This document shows positions 1-8,998 of a stretch of DNA of 23,245 nucleotides, piece after piece (the first letter of the stretch is position 1; every line of letters starts with the position of its first letter). Under the pieces are notes generated by a model that saw only the letters and a program-made list of their open reading frames with translations, searched no databases and was not told the DNA's origin. A program made the translations under genes and the position numbers. The stretch is from contig JAWOHE010000004.1 in the NCBI GenBank assembly GCA_046485285.1, positions 1 to 23,245 of the forward strand, given 5' to 3'. This DNA is from a bacterium (GTDB lineage Bacteria; Hydrothermota; Tepidihabitantia; Tepidihabitantales; Tepidihabitantaceae).

Positions 1-1
1 C

Positions 2-214
2 AACCTGGAGCGCAGAAACTGCAATCGGGGCGACAAGAGCCCGCGCGAGATACTGGCCGAGGTTGCGCCGGAAGTGGACCGACGTGTTCTCCTGTTGCCC
101 GTCCTGGACCTTGACGAGGTGCTGGCCACGCGAGTATCATTCCTCACGCGTAAGGCTCAACCGAGGGGTCACGATGTGCCATGGACGGCCCAACCGAGCC
201 GCTTTTTCGCTTGA
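2..214 (+). mobile_element. 3' end of a probable transposase (integrase-core/IS481-like), truncated by the window edge
   Basis: Frame 2 is open from base 2 to TGA at 212-214: NLERRNCNRGDKSPREILAEVAPEVDRRVLLLPVLDLDEVL...GHDVPW. The N-x-x-R-x6-K-S-P-x-E pattern resembles the end of rve-type transposases. The DDE core is not in the window. Confidence 0.4.
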
Positions 215-239
215 CAGACCGCCCCGGGGCGGCTAACGT
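211..239 (+). promoter_or_regulatory. sigma70-type promoter upstream of the HEAT-repeat gene
   Basis: TTGACA 211-216, 17-bp spacer, TAACGT 234-239. Confidence 0.45.
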
Positions 240-383
240 ATTATCGAGGCTTGCGCTGTCCCGCCACAGGGATGGGCCGGACAGCCCTCTTCCGCTCTGG
301 TCTGCGTTCGCGTGGTCGCTTTGCGGCTTCGCGGGCGGGGGTGGTGACCCGCGGGAGAGAATGACTGTGACAGGAGGATTGAG

Positions 384-1544
384 ATGGGGCTGACTGCAGC
401 ATTTCCGTCAGCTGCCGGACGGCGTGAAGCCGTTCGGGACCCCGGGGCCAAGCTCCGGGTGGTTGTACCGGACCGGGAGACCGTCCCGGCCGCGGATGAG
501 GCCGACCCCGGAACGGCCACGTTTGAGCCCGCCGAGGACCCGGCCGCGAAGTTGCTCGAGGCGCTGGCCAGTGACGACCACGCCGCGAGGCTTGCCGCGG
601 CTGACAAGCTCGCCGCGACCGGCGAGAAGCGGGCGATTGAGCCGATGCTCCAGGCTTTCAAGGGCTGCGACGAGGCCTGCCGACACCACCTTGCCCGCCT
701 GCTGGCCGGTATGGGCCGCATCGCGCGCATCGTGCTCGTCCAGGCGCTCGAAGACCCCGACCCCGGTATCAGGGCCGGTGCGGCAGAGGCGCTTGGCGTG
801 GCGAAGTTCTTTGCCGCCGCGGCGGCGAAGAAACTCTCCGGGTCGCTTTACGACCCGGACCCGACCGCCCGCCGGAGCGCCGCCGAGGCGCTCGATCGGT
901 TCGGCTGGCGACCTCACGGCGAGGCCGCCGAGGCTGCCCGGCTGGTTGCGCTCAACCGCTGGGACGACGCCATCGCAATCGGGCCGGGCGCGGCCCGGGC
1001 CTTCGTGACCAACCTGCACAACGACGAGGACTACTACCGTCGCCGGGCCGCCAACGCGCTGGTCAAACTCGGCCCGGCCGCGACTGGACCGCTCCTGCAC
1101 ACGCTCGCCGGCCCGGACGAACGGGCCCGGGCGCTCGCGGTCTGGGTGCTGGGCGAGATGCACGCGGCCGATGCGACCGACACGCTGCTCGCCGCGCTCG
1201 CCGACGAGAACCCGGGGGTCCGTGAAGCCGCGCTCGTCGCGCTCGACAAGCTGGGCGCCGCCAAGCACTTCGACAACATCCTGACCCGGCTGACCGACGA
1301 GTCCGACTTCGTCCGGGTCGCCGCGGTCGAGGTCGTCGGACATCTTGGCAACGGCCGGGCCGCCGCGTCGATCACCGGCCGGCTCGATGACCCGTCACCG
1401 GACGTGCGCCGGGTCGCGGCCGAGACGCTGGGCCGGCTCCGGGACGCCGGCTCCGCCCGGGCGCTGCTGCGGACGCTGACCGACGAGGACCACGGGGTCC
1501 GCTACGCCGCCGAGCAGGCGCTCGCGGAAATCGAGAAAGTCTAG
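384..1544 (+). CDS. HEAT-repeat (PBS lyase HEAT-like) protein
   Basis: Repeated L.D.D..VR..AA.ALG units (LEDPDPGIRAGAAEALG, LADENPGVREAALVALD, LDDPSPDVRRVAAETLG, LTDEDHGVRYAAEQAL); AGGAGG SD at about 371-376. Confidence 0.9.
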   Translation: MGLTAAFPSAAGRREAVRDPGAKLRVVVPDRETVPAADEADPGTATFEPAEDPAAKLLEALASDDHAARLAAADKLAATGEKRAIEPMLQAFKGCDEACRHHLARLLAGMGRIARIVLVQALEDPDPGIRAGAAEALGVAKFFAAAAAKKLSGSLYDPDPTARRSAAEALDRFGWRPHGEAAEAARLVALNRWDDAIAIGPGAARAFVTNLHNDEDYYRRRAANALVKLGPAATGPLLHTLAGPDERARALAVWVLGEMHAADATDTLLAALADENPGVREAALVALDKLGAAKHFDNILTRLTDESDFVRVAAVEVVGHLGNGRAAASITGRLDDPSPDVRRVAAETLGRLRDAGSARALLRTLTDEDHGVRYAAEQALAEIEKV

Positions 1545-2155
1545 CCGCCGGCGGCCGGGCGGTCGTAGCGCGGTTCGTCCGCGCCGACCTCCCACTCGTC
1601 CTCGATGATGTGCATCGTCCAGTAGTCGGCCCAGTGCAGGAGCAGTAACAGCGGTTCCTCGCGCAGGCCGACGCACCGGTTGTCCTCGATGTACTGGCCG
1701 TCGTGGTAGACGATCGCCTGGGCCTCGGAATCGGTCAGCGGGATGTACTTGGTGACGAGGTACAGGCTCCGGACCGCGACGCCGAGATAAACCAGTTGGT
1801 CGTTGACCTTGTAGGTCATCCCCCGCTTCTCGCGCTCCCACTGGTTGTCGTTGGACAGGTACTGCGGCCGACCCGGCATCCCGACCTTGCCGACGTCGTG
1901 GAAGAGCCCGACGATGACGCAACTCTCCTCGCTGATTTCCGGCACAAGGGTCGAGCGCAGCTCGAGCAGGGTCTCGGTCACGCCGACCGAGTGCCGGAGC
2001 AGGCCGCCCTCGACGTTGAGGTGGAAGCGGGTGCTCGCCGGGCTAGTAAGCCAGGAGGTTTCCCGCTCGAGCATCGCGACGAACGCGAGGAATGCCTCGC
2101 GCCGCTCGCCGACCCGGTCTTTCAGTGCCTCGTACCGCCTGCGGACGTCTTTCAT
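1541..2155 (-). CDS. HD-domain metal-dependent phosphohydrolase (YhaM HD-like)
   Basis: SPASTRFH..EGGLLRHS, LFHDVGK, YHDG and LLHWAD motifs; overlaps the upstream gene by 4 bp (ATGA). Confidence 0.85.
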   Translation of the reverse strand: MKDVRRRYEALKDRVGERREAFLAFVAMLERETSWLTSPASTRFHLNVEGGLLRHSVGVTETLLELRSTLVPEISEESCVIVGLFHDVGKVGMPGRPQYLSNDNQWEREKRGMTYKVNDQLVYLGVAVRSLYLVTKYIPLTDSEAQAIVYHDGQYIEDNRCVGLREEPLLLLLHWADYWTMHIIEDEWEVGADEPRYDRPAAGG

Positions 2156-2787
2156 TCACCCTCCCCGGCCGTCGCCAATCTCTGCCAGGTGCTGTCGAGC
2201 TCCTCGGGCCCGAGGTAGCGGACCTCCTCGAGCATCGTCGCGGCCACCCGGCCGCCGGCCAGCTCCTCCCGGTACACCGCCAGCCCGAGCGCGGTGTCAA
2301 AGAGCACCGTCGCCGAGATGCCGCCTGCCCGGGTCTCGCTGATTGCGAGCAGGCACTCGTCCCGCGGGTCAATCCCGGCCAGCCGGTACTCCGCGGCCGG
2401 GTCCGCCGCGGTCCAGCCTCCGACCGCCTCCTCCGCATCCGCGGGCAGCGGCGGCAGGAATCCGGGCAGGCCGCGCGCGACCCGGCCATCAGGTGGCAGT
2501 TCGGCCCGAAAGCGCGCCCCGGCGGCGGCAATCACCGCCACGCTCCAGCCCCCGTCCGGGCTTTCATCCCCGACCAGCAGCCGGATGACGCTGTCCTCCA
2601 CCGGCCCGCCCTGCGTCAGGTAGACCAGCTCCTGCCCGACCTCGAGCCGGTACCGCGGCAGGACCGGCCCGCCGAGCGGCAGGAACCGCTCCGCCTCGGG
2701 CGCGGGTCCGTCCTGCGCGGAGAGCGCGAGTCCGACAAGGACCATCGCCGCCACGGTCTTGAGCATTCTGTTTTCTGGCACCAGCAC
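2152..2787 (-). CDS. Hypothetical exported protein (true start may be MLKTV... at about 2766)
   Basis: N-terminal signal peptide-like MLKTVAAMVLVGLALSA-Q; translationally coupled to the HD gene. Confidence 0.65.
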   Translation of the reverse strand: MLVPENRMLKTVAAMVLVGLALSAQDGPAPEAERFLPLGGPVLPRYRLEVGQELVYLTQGGPVEDSVIRLLVGDESPDGGWSVAVIAAAGARFRAELPPDGRVARGLPGFLPPLPADAEEAVGGWTAADPAAEYRLAGIDPRDECLLAISETRAGGISATVLFDTALGLAVYREELAGGRVAATMLEEVRYLGPEELDSTWQRLATAGEGE

Positions 2788-2807
2788 CTCCGGAAAGCCT
2801 TCCTGTC

Positions 2808-2835
2808 AGGCTAGCCCGGCCGAGGCCGGAGTCAA
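2808..2835 (-). promoter_or_regulatory. sigma70-type promoter for the hypothetical/HD operon
   Basis: Minus strand TTGACT-16 bp-TAGCCT, back to back with the lexA promoter. Confidence 0.6.
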
Positions 2836-2840
2836 GGCTG

Positions 2841-2868
2841 TTGACAAACCGGCCCGGGTCGCTACTAT
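2841..2868 (+). promoter_or_regulatory. lexA promoter (probably leaderless)
   Basis: TTGACA 2841-2846, 16 bp, TACTAT 2863-2868; ATG follows 8 nt later with no SD. Confidence 0.8.
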
Positions 2869-2884
2869 GTAAACATATGTTTAC
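2869..2884. promoter_or_regulatory. Putative LexA operator (SOS box) GTAAACATATGTTTAC
   Basis: Perfect 16-bp palindrome right after the -10 box, covering the lexA ATG; same geometry as the GAAC-N4-GTTC box. Confidence 0.75.
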
Positions 2885-3488
2885 CAGTCCTGATAACCGC
2901 CGCCGGCTGATTCTCGAGTTCGTCCGCCGCCACGTCGAACTCCACGGCTACTCGCCCAGCGTCCGTGAAATCGGAGCCGCGACCGGGCTCAAGAGCACCC
3001 GGGCGGTGAAGTACCATCTCGACGCCCTCGTCAACGCCGGCAGCCTCGAACGCGTCCCGGGCCGGGCTCGCGCTCTCTCGGCCCCGGCCCGGCCTTTCGC
3101 CCTGCCGCTCGTCGGCCGGGTCGCCGCCGGCTCGCCGGTGCTCGCGGTCGAGAACGTCGAGTCCTACCTCGCCTTCAGCCGGTTCGAGGGCTGTTTCCTG
3201 CTCCGCGTCCAGGGCGAGAGCATGCGCGACGCCGGGATATTCGACGGCGACCTTGTCATCGTCAGCGAGCGGGCCGAGGCCCGCGACGGCGACGTCGTCG
3301 CCGCCCGCATCGGCGACGAGGCGACGGTGAAGTACTTCCGGCCCGGCGCAGGCAGGGTCGTCCTCGAACCCGCCAACCCCGATTTCCCGCCCCTGGCGGT
3401 CGACCCGGGCCGGGAAGACTTCGCGCTCGTCGGCGTGGTCGTCGGGCTGCTGCGCACTTATCCCCCGGGGAGGAAAAATGGTTCGTAA
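2877..3488 (+). CDS. lexA: LexA SOS repressor
   Basis: wHTH (GYSPSVREIG...S..AV.YHL.AL), Ala-Gly cleavage site in GRVAAG, catalytic Ser (GESM) and Lys (EATVK). Start reassigned to ATG 2877; the ORF-track TTG at 2841 is the -35 box. Confidence 0.95.
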   Translation: MFTSPDNRRRLILEFVRRHVELHGYSPSVREIGAATGLKSTRAVKYHLDALVNAGSLERVPGRARALSAPARPFALPLVGRVAAGSPVLAVENVESYLAFSRFEGCFLLRVQGESMRDAGIFDGDLVIVSERAEARDGDVVAARIGDEATVKYFRPGAGRVVLEPANPDFPPLAVDPGREDFALVGVVVGLLRTYPPGRKNGS

Positions 3489-3753
3489 CAGCATCAACGA
3501 GCGCATCCGGGTCTACGCGGTCTACAACGAGCCGCGGGACCGCCGGGCGCCCCACGAGCGGCTCCAGCCGGTCGCCTTCTGCTGGCGCAACCGCCAGTAC
3601 CGCGTCCGCGACATCACCTATGTCTGGCGCGAGAGCCGCGGCGAAACCGAACTCTACCACTACGCGGTCACCGACGGCAGCGACGTCTACGAACTGCTCT
3701 ACGAGACGAAGTCGCTGGACTGGACCCTCTCGACGGTCTCCTGCGAAGAGTGA
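3478..3753 (+). CDS. Small YqjX / ImuB-C-like (DUF6504-like) protein
   Basis: P..F.WR.R.Y.V..I...W...G....HYAV.DG..YEL.Y......W.L pattern; overlaps both lexA and the polymerase gene. Confidence 0.7.
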   Translation: MVRNSINERIRVYAVYNEPRDRRAPHERLQPVAFCWRNRQYRVRDITYVWRESRGETELYHYAVTDGSDVYELLYETKSLDWTLSTVSCEE

Positions 3754-5003
3754 CAGTACTTTCTTCCGGCCCCCGCACCGTCCTCCACGTCGACATGGAC
3801 GCGTTCTTCGCCTCGGTCGAACAGCAGACCTACCCGTTCCTCCGCGGCCGGCCGGTCGGCGTCTGCGGCGACCCCGACGGCCGCACCGTCATCGCGGCCG
3901 CCTCCTACGAGGCCAAGCGCCGGGGCGTCAAGACGGCGATGACCATCCCCGAGGCCCGGCGGCTCTGCCCCGACATCATCCTCGTCGGCGGCGACCCGGC
4001 CAAGTACATCGACACCTCGGTCCGCATCCTCGCCATCTACGCGCAGTACACCGACCTCGTCGAGCTGTTCTCGATCGACGAGGCCTTCCTCGACGTCACC
4101 GGCTCCGCGCACCTCCACGGCGGTGCCGAGGCGACCGCCCGGGCCATCAAGGCTGACATCCGGCGCCGGTTCGGGCTGGCCTGCTCGGTCGGCATCGCCC
4201 CCAACAAGCTCATCGCCAAGCTCGTGAGCGACCTCGCCAAGCCCGACGGGCTGACCGTCGTCCGGCCCGATGACCTCCCCGCCCTGCTCGAACGCACCCC
4301 GGTCGAGGCGCTCTGCGGTATCGGACCGAAGACCCGGGAGCGGCTGAACCAGCTCGGCATCCGGACCTGCGCCGACCTCGGCCGCTGCCCGGAGCGCCGG
4401 CTCGTCGCGCTCTTCGGCGTCGTCGGCGCGACGCTGTCCCGGATGGGCCGCGGCGAGGACAATAGCCCTGTCCACCCCTGTCGGCACGAACCCGAGGCGA
4501 AGTCAATGGGCCACTCGCTGACCCTCGCCGAGGACACCCGCGACATCGCGGTCATCCGCCGCCACCTGCTCCAGCTCGCCGAACAGGTCGGCCGCCGCCT
4601 GCGCCGGGACGGCTATGCCGGCCGGACCGTCGCCATCGTCATCCGCTACGCCGACTTCACCACCCGCGTCCGCCAGCACAGCCTGCGCGGCCACATCGAC
4701 GACGGGCACCGGGTCTACTCGGTCGGGCTCCGGCTCTTCGACGAACTCTACGAGCCCGGCCGCCCGGTCCGCCTGCTCGGCATCAGCGTCTCCGGCCTCG
4801 TCCGCGGCATCCGGCCGGCCGGCCTGTTCGACCCGCCGGCGGGCCTGCCCGCGCCCAGGCAGGCGGGCGGCGATCCCCTGCTCCGGGCCGCCGACGCGGT
4901 CAACGACCGGTTCGGTGAATTCGCGCTCGCCCGGGCCCGGATCGTCGAGCGCGCTCCCGGCCCGCGCGTCATCCCGCCGTCCTGGCGGCCGGGCCGGAAC
5001 TGA
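3750..5003 (+). CDS. dinB: Y-family DNA polymerase (Pol IV/DinB/YqjW-like)
   Basis: HVDMDAFFASVE, AASYEAK, SIDEAFLD, SVGIAPNKLIAKL, GIGPKT motifs; little-finger domain; C-terminal LLRAADAVNDRFG. Confidence 0.93.
   Translation: MTVLSSGPRTVLHVDMDAFFASVEQQTYPFLRGRPVGVCGDPDGRTVIAAASYEAKRRGVKTAMTIPEARRLCPDIILVGGDPAKYIDTSVRILAIYAQYTDLVELFSIDEAFLDVTGSAHLHGGAEATARAIKADIRRRFGLACSVGIAPNKLIAKLVSDLAKPDGLTVVRPDDLPALLERTPVEALCGIGPKTRERLNQLGIRTCADLGRCPERRLVALFGVVGATLSRMGRGEDNSPVHPCRHEPEAKSMGHSLTLAEDTRDIAVIRRHLLQLAEQVGRRLRRDGYAGRTVAIVIRYADFTTRVRQHSLRGHIDDGHRVYSVGLRLFDELYEPGRPVRLLGISVSGLVRGIRPAGLFDPPAGLPAPRQAGGDPLLRAADAVNDRFGEFALARARIVERAPGPRVIPPSWRPGRN
4842..4868 (+). repeat. Short palindromic REP-like element inside dinB (copy 1)
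   Basis: GGCCTGCCCGCGCCCAGGCAGGCGGGC; 26/27 identical to the reverse complement of 9952-9978. Confidence 0.75.
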
Positions 5004-5056
5004 AAGGAACGCCCGACGCCGTAACCGGGCGCCGGGCGCGAGAAGTCCGGTTCGAG

Positions 5057-5920
5057 CTAGCGCTGGCCGCTGGCCTGGTCCGGCGCCTCCTGGGTGATGC
5101 CGCCCGCGCCGGGTTCGTCGCCCCAGTCGGCCGGCTGGAGCCGCTCGCCCGGCACCGGCTCGCCGTCCTCGTCGTAGCCGAGGTTGTCCTCGGGCGCCGG
5201 CTCATCGGCGAGCCCGAAGAAGTTCTGCATCGCCCGCAGGGCGGTCGCGGTGACCGCCGGCAGTTCGAGATCGTGGAGCGCCGTCCGGGCGCCCGCGCCC
5301 GCGAACATCCGCTCCGCCCGTAGCGGCGGGTCGCCCGGCCCGGCGACGAAGACCTCCATCTCGCGCGCCCCGGCCGGCCCCGCGCCGGCCATCAGCGCCT
5401 CGTCCGCCGCCCCGAACAGCGCCAGCCCGCTGAACACGTCGCCGTTCCGGAGCGCGACCCAGGCCGCCGCGCTCGCGCCCTGGCCCAGCCCGAGCAGGAT
5501 GCGCTGGTCGGCGTCGATGTCGTACTGCTCCTCGATCTCGCCGAGCGCCGCGAGGACGAGGTCCTCGGCGGTGCGGGCCGAGCGCCGACGCCCGGTCGCC
5601 GCCTCCTCGTCACCGTCCACCGCGCCGCGGAACCAACTGTAGCCGGCGCCGGCGTCAAACGGCGCCCGGAGCGCGAGCAGGATGAAGTCCGGCAGGTAGA
5701 AGAAACTGGCGTCGCGGAGCGCGGTCGCCTGCGCCTCGCTCCGGTCAAAGCCGTGGAGGACTACCAGCACCGGGTAGCTCTCCTCCGGGTCGTAGTCGTC
5801 CGGCAGCCGGATCGCGTACTCGACCGGCGTCTCGACGTGATAGGGCTCGACCTCGGCGACCCGCGATTCACCGCAGGCGAGGAGCAGGGCCAGGGCCAGG
5901 AACGGCAGCACTTTCTTCAT
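5057..5920 (-). CDS. Lipoprotein with phospholipase/carboxylesterase-like alpha/beta-hydrolase fold, probably inactive
   Basis: MKKVLPFLALALLLA-C lipobox; LPDDYDP..YPVLVVLHG; IDADQRILLGLGQGA has Gly where the nucleophile Ser is expected; AAGGAG SD. Confidence 0.8.
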   Translation of the reverse strand: MKKVLPFLALALLLACGESRVAEVEPYHVETPVEYAIRLPDDYDPEESYPVLVVLHGFDRSEAQATALRDASFFYLPDFILLALRAPFDAGAGYSWFRGAVDGDEEAATGRRRSARTAEDLVLAALGEIEEQYDIDADQRILLGLGQGASAAAWVALRNGDVFSGLALFGAADEALMAGAGPAGAREMEVFVAGPGDPPLRAERMFAGAGARTALHDLELPAVTATALRAMQNFFGLADEPAPEDNLGYDEDGEPVPGERLQPADWGDEPGAGGITQEAPDQASGQR

Positions 5921-5988
5921 CAGCTTCTCCTTTCGAACCGCGCCGGGGCGCGGGCCGGCCAAGAGGTTAGGACGGCTACCGGCCCTCG

Positions 5989-7299
5989 TCAAACCGACCG
6001 TTCCCCGCGCGCCGGCTCGGACCACAGCCGGCCGCCGGGCAGGATGCCGCCCTCGGCCCGGCCCGACAGCCGCCGGCCGATGAACGGCGAGTTCTTCGAG
6101 CGCGAAACTACCCGGTCCGCGGCGTACTCCCATTCCGCGCGCAGGTCCAGGATGACTAGTTCAACCTCGCGGCCGACCTCGACCCTCGGCGCCGGCAGGC
6201 CGAGGAGCGCGGCCGGCGCAACGGTCAGCCGGGCGACGTACTCCGGCAACTCCATCCGGCCCGACGCCACCAGCGTCTCGTAGCCGAGGCTGAACGCCGT
6301 CTCGAGCCCGGTCATCCCGGCCGGCGCGTTGTCGAACTCGACCTCCTTCGCGCCCCGGGTGTGCGGCGCGTGGTCGGTCGCAATCGCGTCAATCGTCCCG
6401 TCGACCAGCGCGTCGACCACCGCCCGCCGGTCGGCCTCGCCCCGGAGCGGCGGGTTGACCTTGCAGTTGGTGTCGTAGCCGGCCAGCGCCGCGTCGGTCA
6501 GCGTGAAATGATGCGGGCAGGCCTCCGCGGTCACCGCGATGCCCCGCGCCTTGCCCCAGCGGACGAACTCGACCGTCTCCGCGCACGAGACGTGGCAGAC
6601 GTGCAGCCGACCGCCGGTCAGCCCGGCGAGCAGGATGTCCCGTGCCGCCGCCGCCGCCTCGCCCGCCGCCGGCCGGCCCCGGAGCCCGAGCGCGGTCGCG
6701 ACCAGGCCCTCGTTGGCGACCCCGGCGTCAAGCCCGGCCAGCTCGCAGTGCGACAGCACCGGCTTGTCGAACGCCTTGGCGTACTCGAGACAGCGGCGCA
6801 TCACCTGCGCGTCGGCGATCCAGCTCCCGTCGTCGGAGAACGCCGCCGCCCCGGCCTCGGCCATCCCGCCGATCTCCGCCAGCTCCCGGCCCCGCCGGCC
6901 CCGGGTGCAGCAGCCGACCGGGTGGACCCGCGCGAACCCGGCCGACTCCGCCCGGCCGAGCAGGAACCGGACCATCGCCTCCGAGTCCACCGGCGGGTCG
7001 GTGTTCGGCATCGCGCAGACCCGGGTGAACCCGCCCGCCAGCGCCGCCCGCGTCCCGGTCGCGACCGTCTCGGCGTCCTCCGCGCCCGGCTCGCGCAGGT
7101 GGCAGTGCAGGTCGATGAACCCGGGCGCGACGTGCCGGCCGCGGCAGTCGAGCACCTCGCTGCCCGGCGCGGTGATGTTCCGCTCCATCCGCGCGACCCG
7201 GCCGCTCTCGACCAGCACGTCCAGCCGCCGGTTCCGCCCGGCGACCGGGTCGACGACCGTGCCGCCCTTAAGCAGCAGCCGGTGTATCTTCTTCAGCAT
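5989..7299 (-). CDS. pyrC: Dihydroorotase
   Basis: PGFIDLHCHLREPG, GGFT..AMPNT, HVCHVS, EACPHH, KVNPPLR, IATDHAPH. Confidence 0.95.
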   Translation of the reverse strand: MLKKIHRLLLKGGTVVDPVAGRNRRLDVLVESGRVARMERNITAPGSEVLDCRGRHVAPGFIDLHCHLREPGAEDAETVATGTRAALAGGFTRVCAMPNTDPPVDSEAMVRFLLGRAESAGFARVHPVGCCTRGRRGRELAEIGGMAEAGAAAFSDDGSWIADAQVMRRCLEYAKAFDKPVLSHCELAGLDAGVANEGLVATALGLRGRPAAGEAAAAARDILLAGLTGGRLHVCHVSCAETVEFVRWGKARGIAVTAEACPHHFTLTDAALAGYDTNCKVNPPLRGEADRRAVVDALVDGTIDAIATDHAPHTRGAKEVEFDNAPAGMTGLETAFSLGYETLVASGRMELPEYVARLTVAPAALLGLPAPRVEVGREVELVILDLRAEWEYAADRVVSRSKNSPFIGRRLSGRAEGGILPGGRLWSEPARGERSV

Positions 7300-8236
7300 G
7301 GCCGCCTGCCAGCAGGTAGAGGACCGCCATCCGGACCGCGACGCCGTTGGTGACCTGGTTCATTATCAGCGCCTGCGGGAAATCCGACACCTCGTAATCC
7401 ATCTCGACGCCCCAGTTCACCGGCCCGGGGTGGATGACGACGACCGACTTGTCCAGCCGCGCCAGCCGCTCCCGGGTCAGCCCGTAGAGCGCCCGGTACT
7501 CGCGCACCGACGGGAACAGGCTCGCGCCGATCCGCTCGTTCTGGACCCGAAGCATGTTCACCACGTCCGCCTCGAACAGCACCCGGTCGAGCCGGTAGAA
7601 CACCTCGCAGCCGAGCTCCTCGATGCCGGGCGGGATCAGCGTCGGCGGGCCGCACAGCGCGACCCGGGCGCCGAGCTTCCGGAAGCAGAGGATGTTCGAC
7701 CGCGCGACCCGCGAGTGGGCGATGTCGCCGACGAGCAGCACCCGTTTGCCCTCGAGCGTCCCCAGCCGCTCGCGCAACGTGAACGAATCCAAAAGCGCCT
7801 GGGTCGGGTGCTCGTGACAGCCGTCCCCGGCGTTGACCACGAACGCCCGGAGCCGGCGGGCGAGGAAATGCGCCGCCCCGGCCATCGAGTGCCGGATGAC
7901 GACCCCGTCGACCCGCATCGCCTCGATGTTCCGGGCCGTGTCGAGCAGGCTCTCGCCCTTCTTCACCGACGAACTGCCGGTCGAGAAGTTGACGCACTGG
8001 GCGCTCAGCCGGCCCGCCGCCAGCCCGAACGATATCGCCGTCCGGGTCGAGCCCTCGAAGAACAGGTTGACGATCGTCCGGCCGCGCAGGACCGGCACGA
8101 CCGGTATCGACCGGCCCAGCACCTCCTTGAACCGCGCCGCCTGGTCGTGAATCGTCTCGATGTCCGACCGCGCCAGCTCGGCGATGCCGAGCAGGTGCCG
8201 GAGGTTCAGGGCCGCGCGGGGCTTCTCGCCGCTCAT
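7268..8236 (-). CDS. pyrB: Aspartate carbamoyltransferase catalytic subunit
   Basis: FFEGSTRT, SSSVKKGESL.DT, NAGDG.HEHPTQALLD, GDIAHSRVARSN, HPGP, QVTNGVAVRMA. Confidence 0.96.
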   Translation of the reverse strand: MSGEKPRAALNLRHLLGIAELARSDIETIHDQAARFKEVLGRSIPVVPVLRGRTIVNLFFEGSTRTAISFGLAAGRLSAQCVNFSTGSSSVKKGESLLDTARNIEAMRVDGVVIRHSMAGAAHFLARRLRAFVVNAGDGCHEHPTQALLDSFTLRERLGTLEGKRVLLVGDIAHSRVARSNILCFRKLGARVALCGPPTLIPPGIEELGCEVFYRLDRVLFEADVVNMLRVQNERIGASLFPSVREYRALYGLTRERLARLDKSVVVIHPGPVNWGVEMDYEVSDFPQALIMNQVTNGVAVRMAVLYLLAGGHAEEDTPAAA

Positions 8237-8763
8237 CGGCGGGTCAGGTAGACCGCGTCCTCGCCGTCCACCTCCGCGAGGCAGATGTCGACGAGGTCCT
8301 GCGGCCGGGTCTCGATCGCCATCCCGGTGAAATCGGGCGCGACCGGCAGCTCCCGGTTGCCCCGGTCGACCAGCACCGCGAGCTGGATCGCCCTCGGCCG
8401 GCCGAAGTCAAGCAACTCGCTCAGCGCGGCCCGGGTCGTCCGGCCGGTGTAAATCACGTCGTCGACCAGCACGACGACGAGGCCGTTGATGTCGAAGCTG
8501 ATTTCCGTCCCGCGGACAATCGGGGTCTCGGCGACGAGCTGGAGGTCGTCGCGGTAGAGCGTGATGTCGACCGCGCCGACCGGCAAGTCAGGCCGGCCCA
8601 GCCCGGCCAGCGCCCGGGCCAGCCGCTCGGCCAGCGGCACGCCCCGCCGCTTCACGCCGACCAGCGCGAGCTTCTTCTCGGTCCGGTTGCGCGCGGCGAT
8701 CTCGCCGGCAAGCCTCTCGACCAGCCGCGCGAGCTCGCCGGCCGCGACGACCCGCTTCCTCAT
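8233..8763 (-). CDS. pyrR: PyrR bifunctional pyrimidine regulator/uracil phosphoribosyltransferase
   Basis: DITLYRDDL, VVLVDDVIYTGRTTRAAL, GRP..IQLAVLVDRG.RELP; start ATG 8763 overlaps the stop of the upstream gene. Confidence 0.93.
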   Translation of the reverse strand: MRKRVVAAGELARLVERLAGEIAARNRTEKKLALVGVKRRGVPLAERLARALAGLGRPDLPVGAVDITLYRDDLQLVAETPIVRGTEISFDINGLVVVLVDDVIYTGRTTRAALSELLDFGRPRAIQLAVLVDRGNRELPVAPDFTGMAIETRPQDLVDICLAEVDGEDAVYLTRR

Positions 8764-8996
8764 CGGACCAGCAGGCCGACCGGGATCACCACGCAGTAGC
8801 CGAGGACGAGCAGGAACGGCGCGAGGGTCATCGAGCCGCCCGCCAGGCTGATGAACCCGGCGACGATCGTCACGACCCCGACGCCCATCAGGATGTAGTT
8901 CTTCCGGCCCAGCTCGAGGTGCGGCCGCGCGGGCTTCTTCGCGGCCGGCTTCGGCGCGGGCGGCCGGGCCTGCTGTCTCGTTGATTTCTGTTTCAT
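8760..8996 (-). CDS. Small two-TM membrane protein (DUF3098-like)
   Basis: RKNYILMGVGVVTIVAGF...SMTLAPFLLVLGY.V.IP.GL. Confidence 0.75.
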   Translation of the reverse strand: MKQKSTRQQARPPAPKPAAKKPARPHLELGRKNYILMGVGVVTIVAGFISLAGGSMTLAPFLLVLGYCVVIPVGLLVR

Positions 8997-8998
8997 CG

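Noticed and set aside
6361-8251. Long plus-strand ORFs (330 and 570 aa) and similar antisense or alternate-frame ORFs elsewhere
   Set aside because: Shadow frames of real genes in very GC-rich DNA; Arg/Pro/Ala-rich with no motifs
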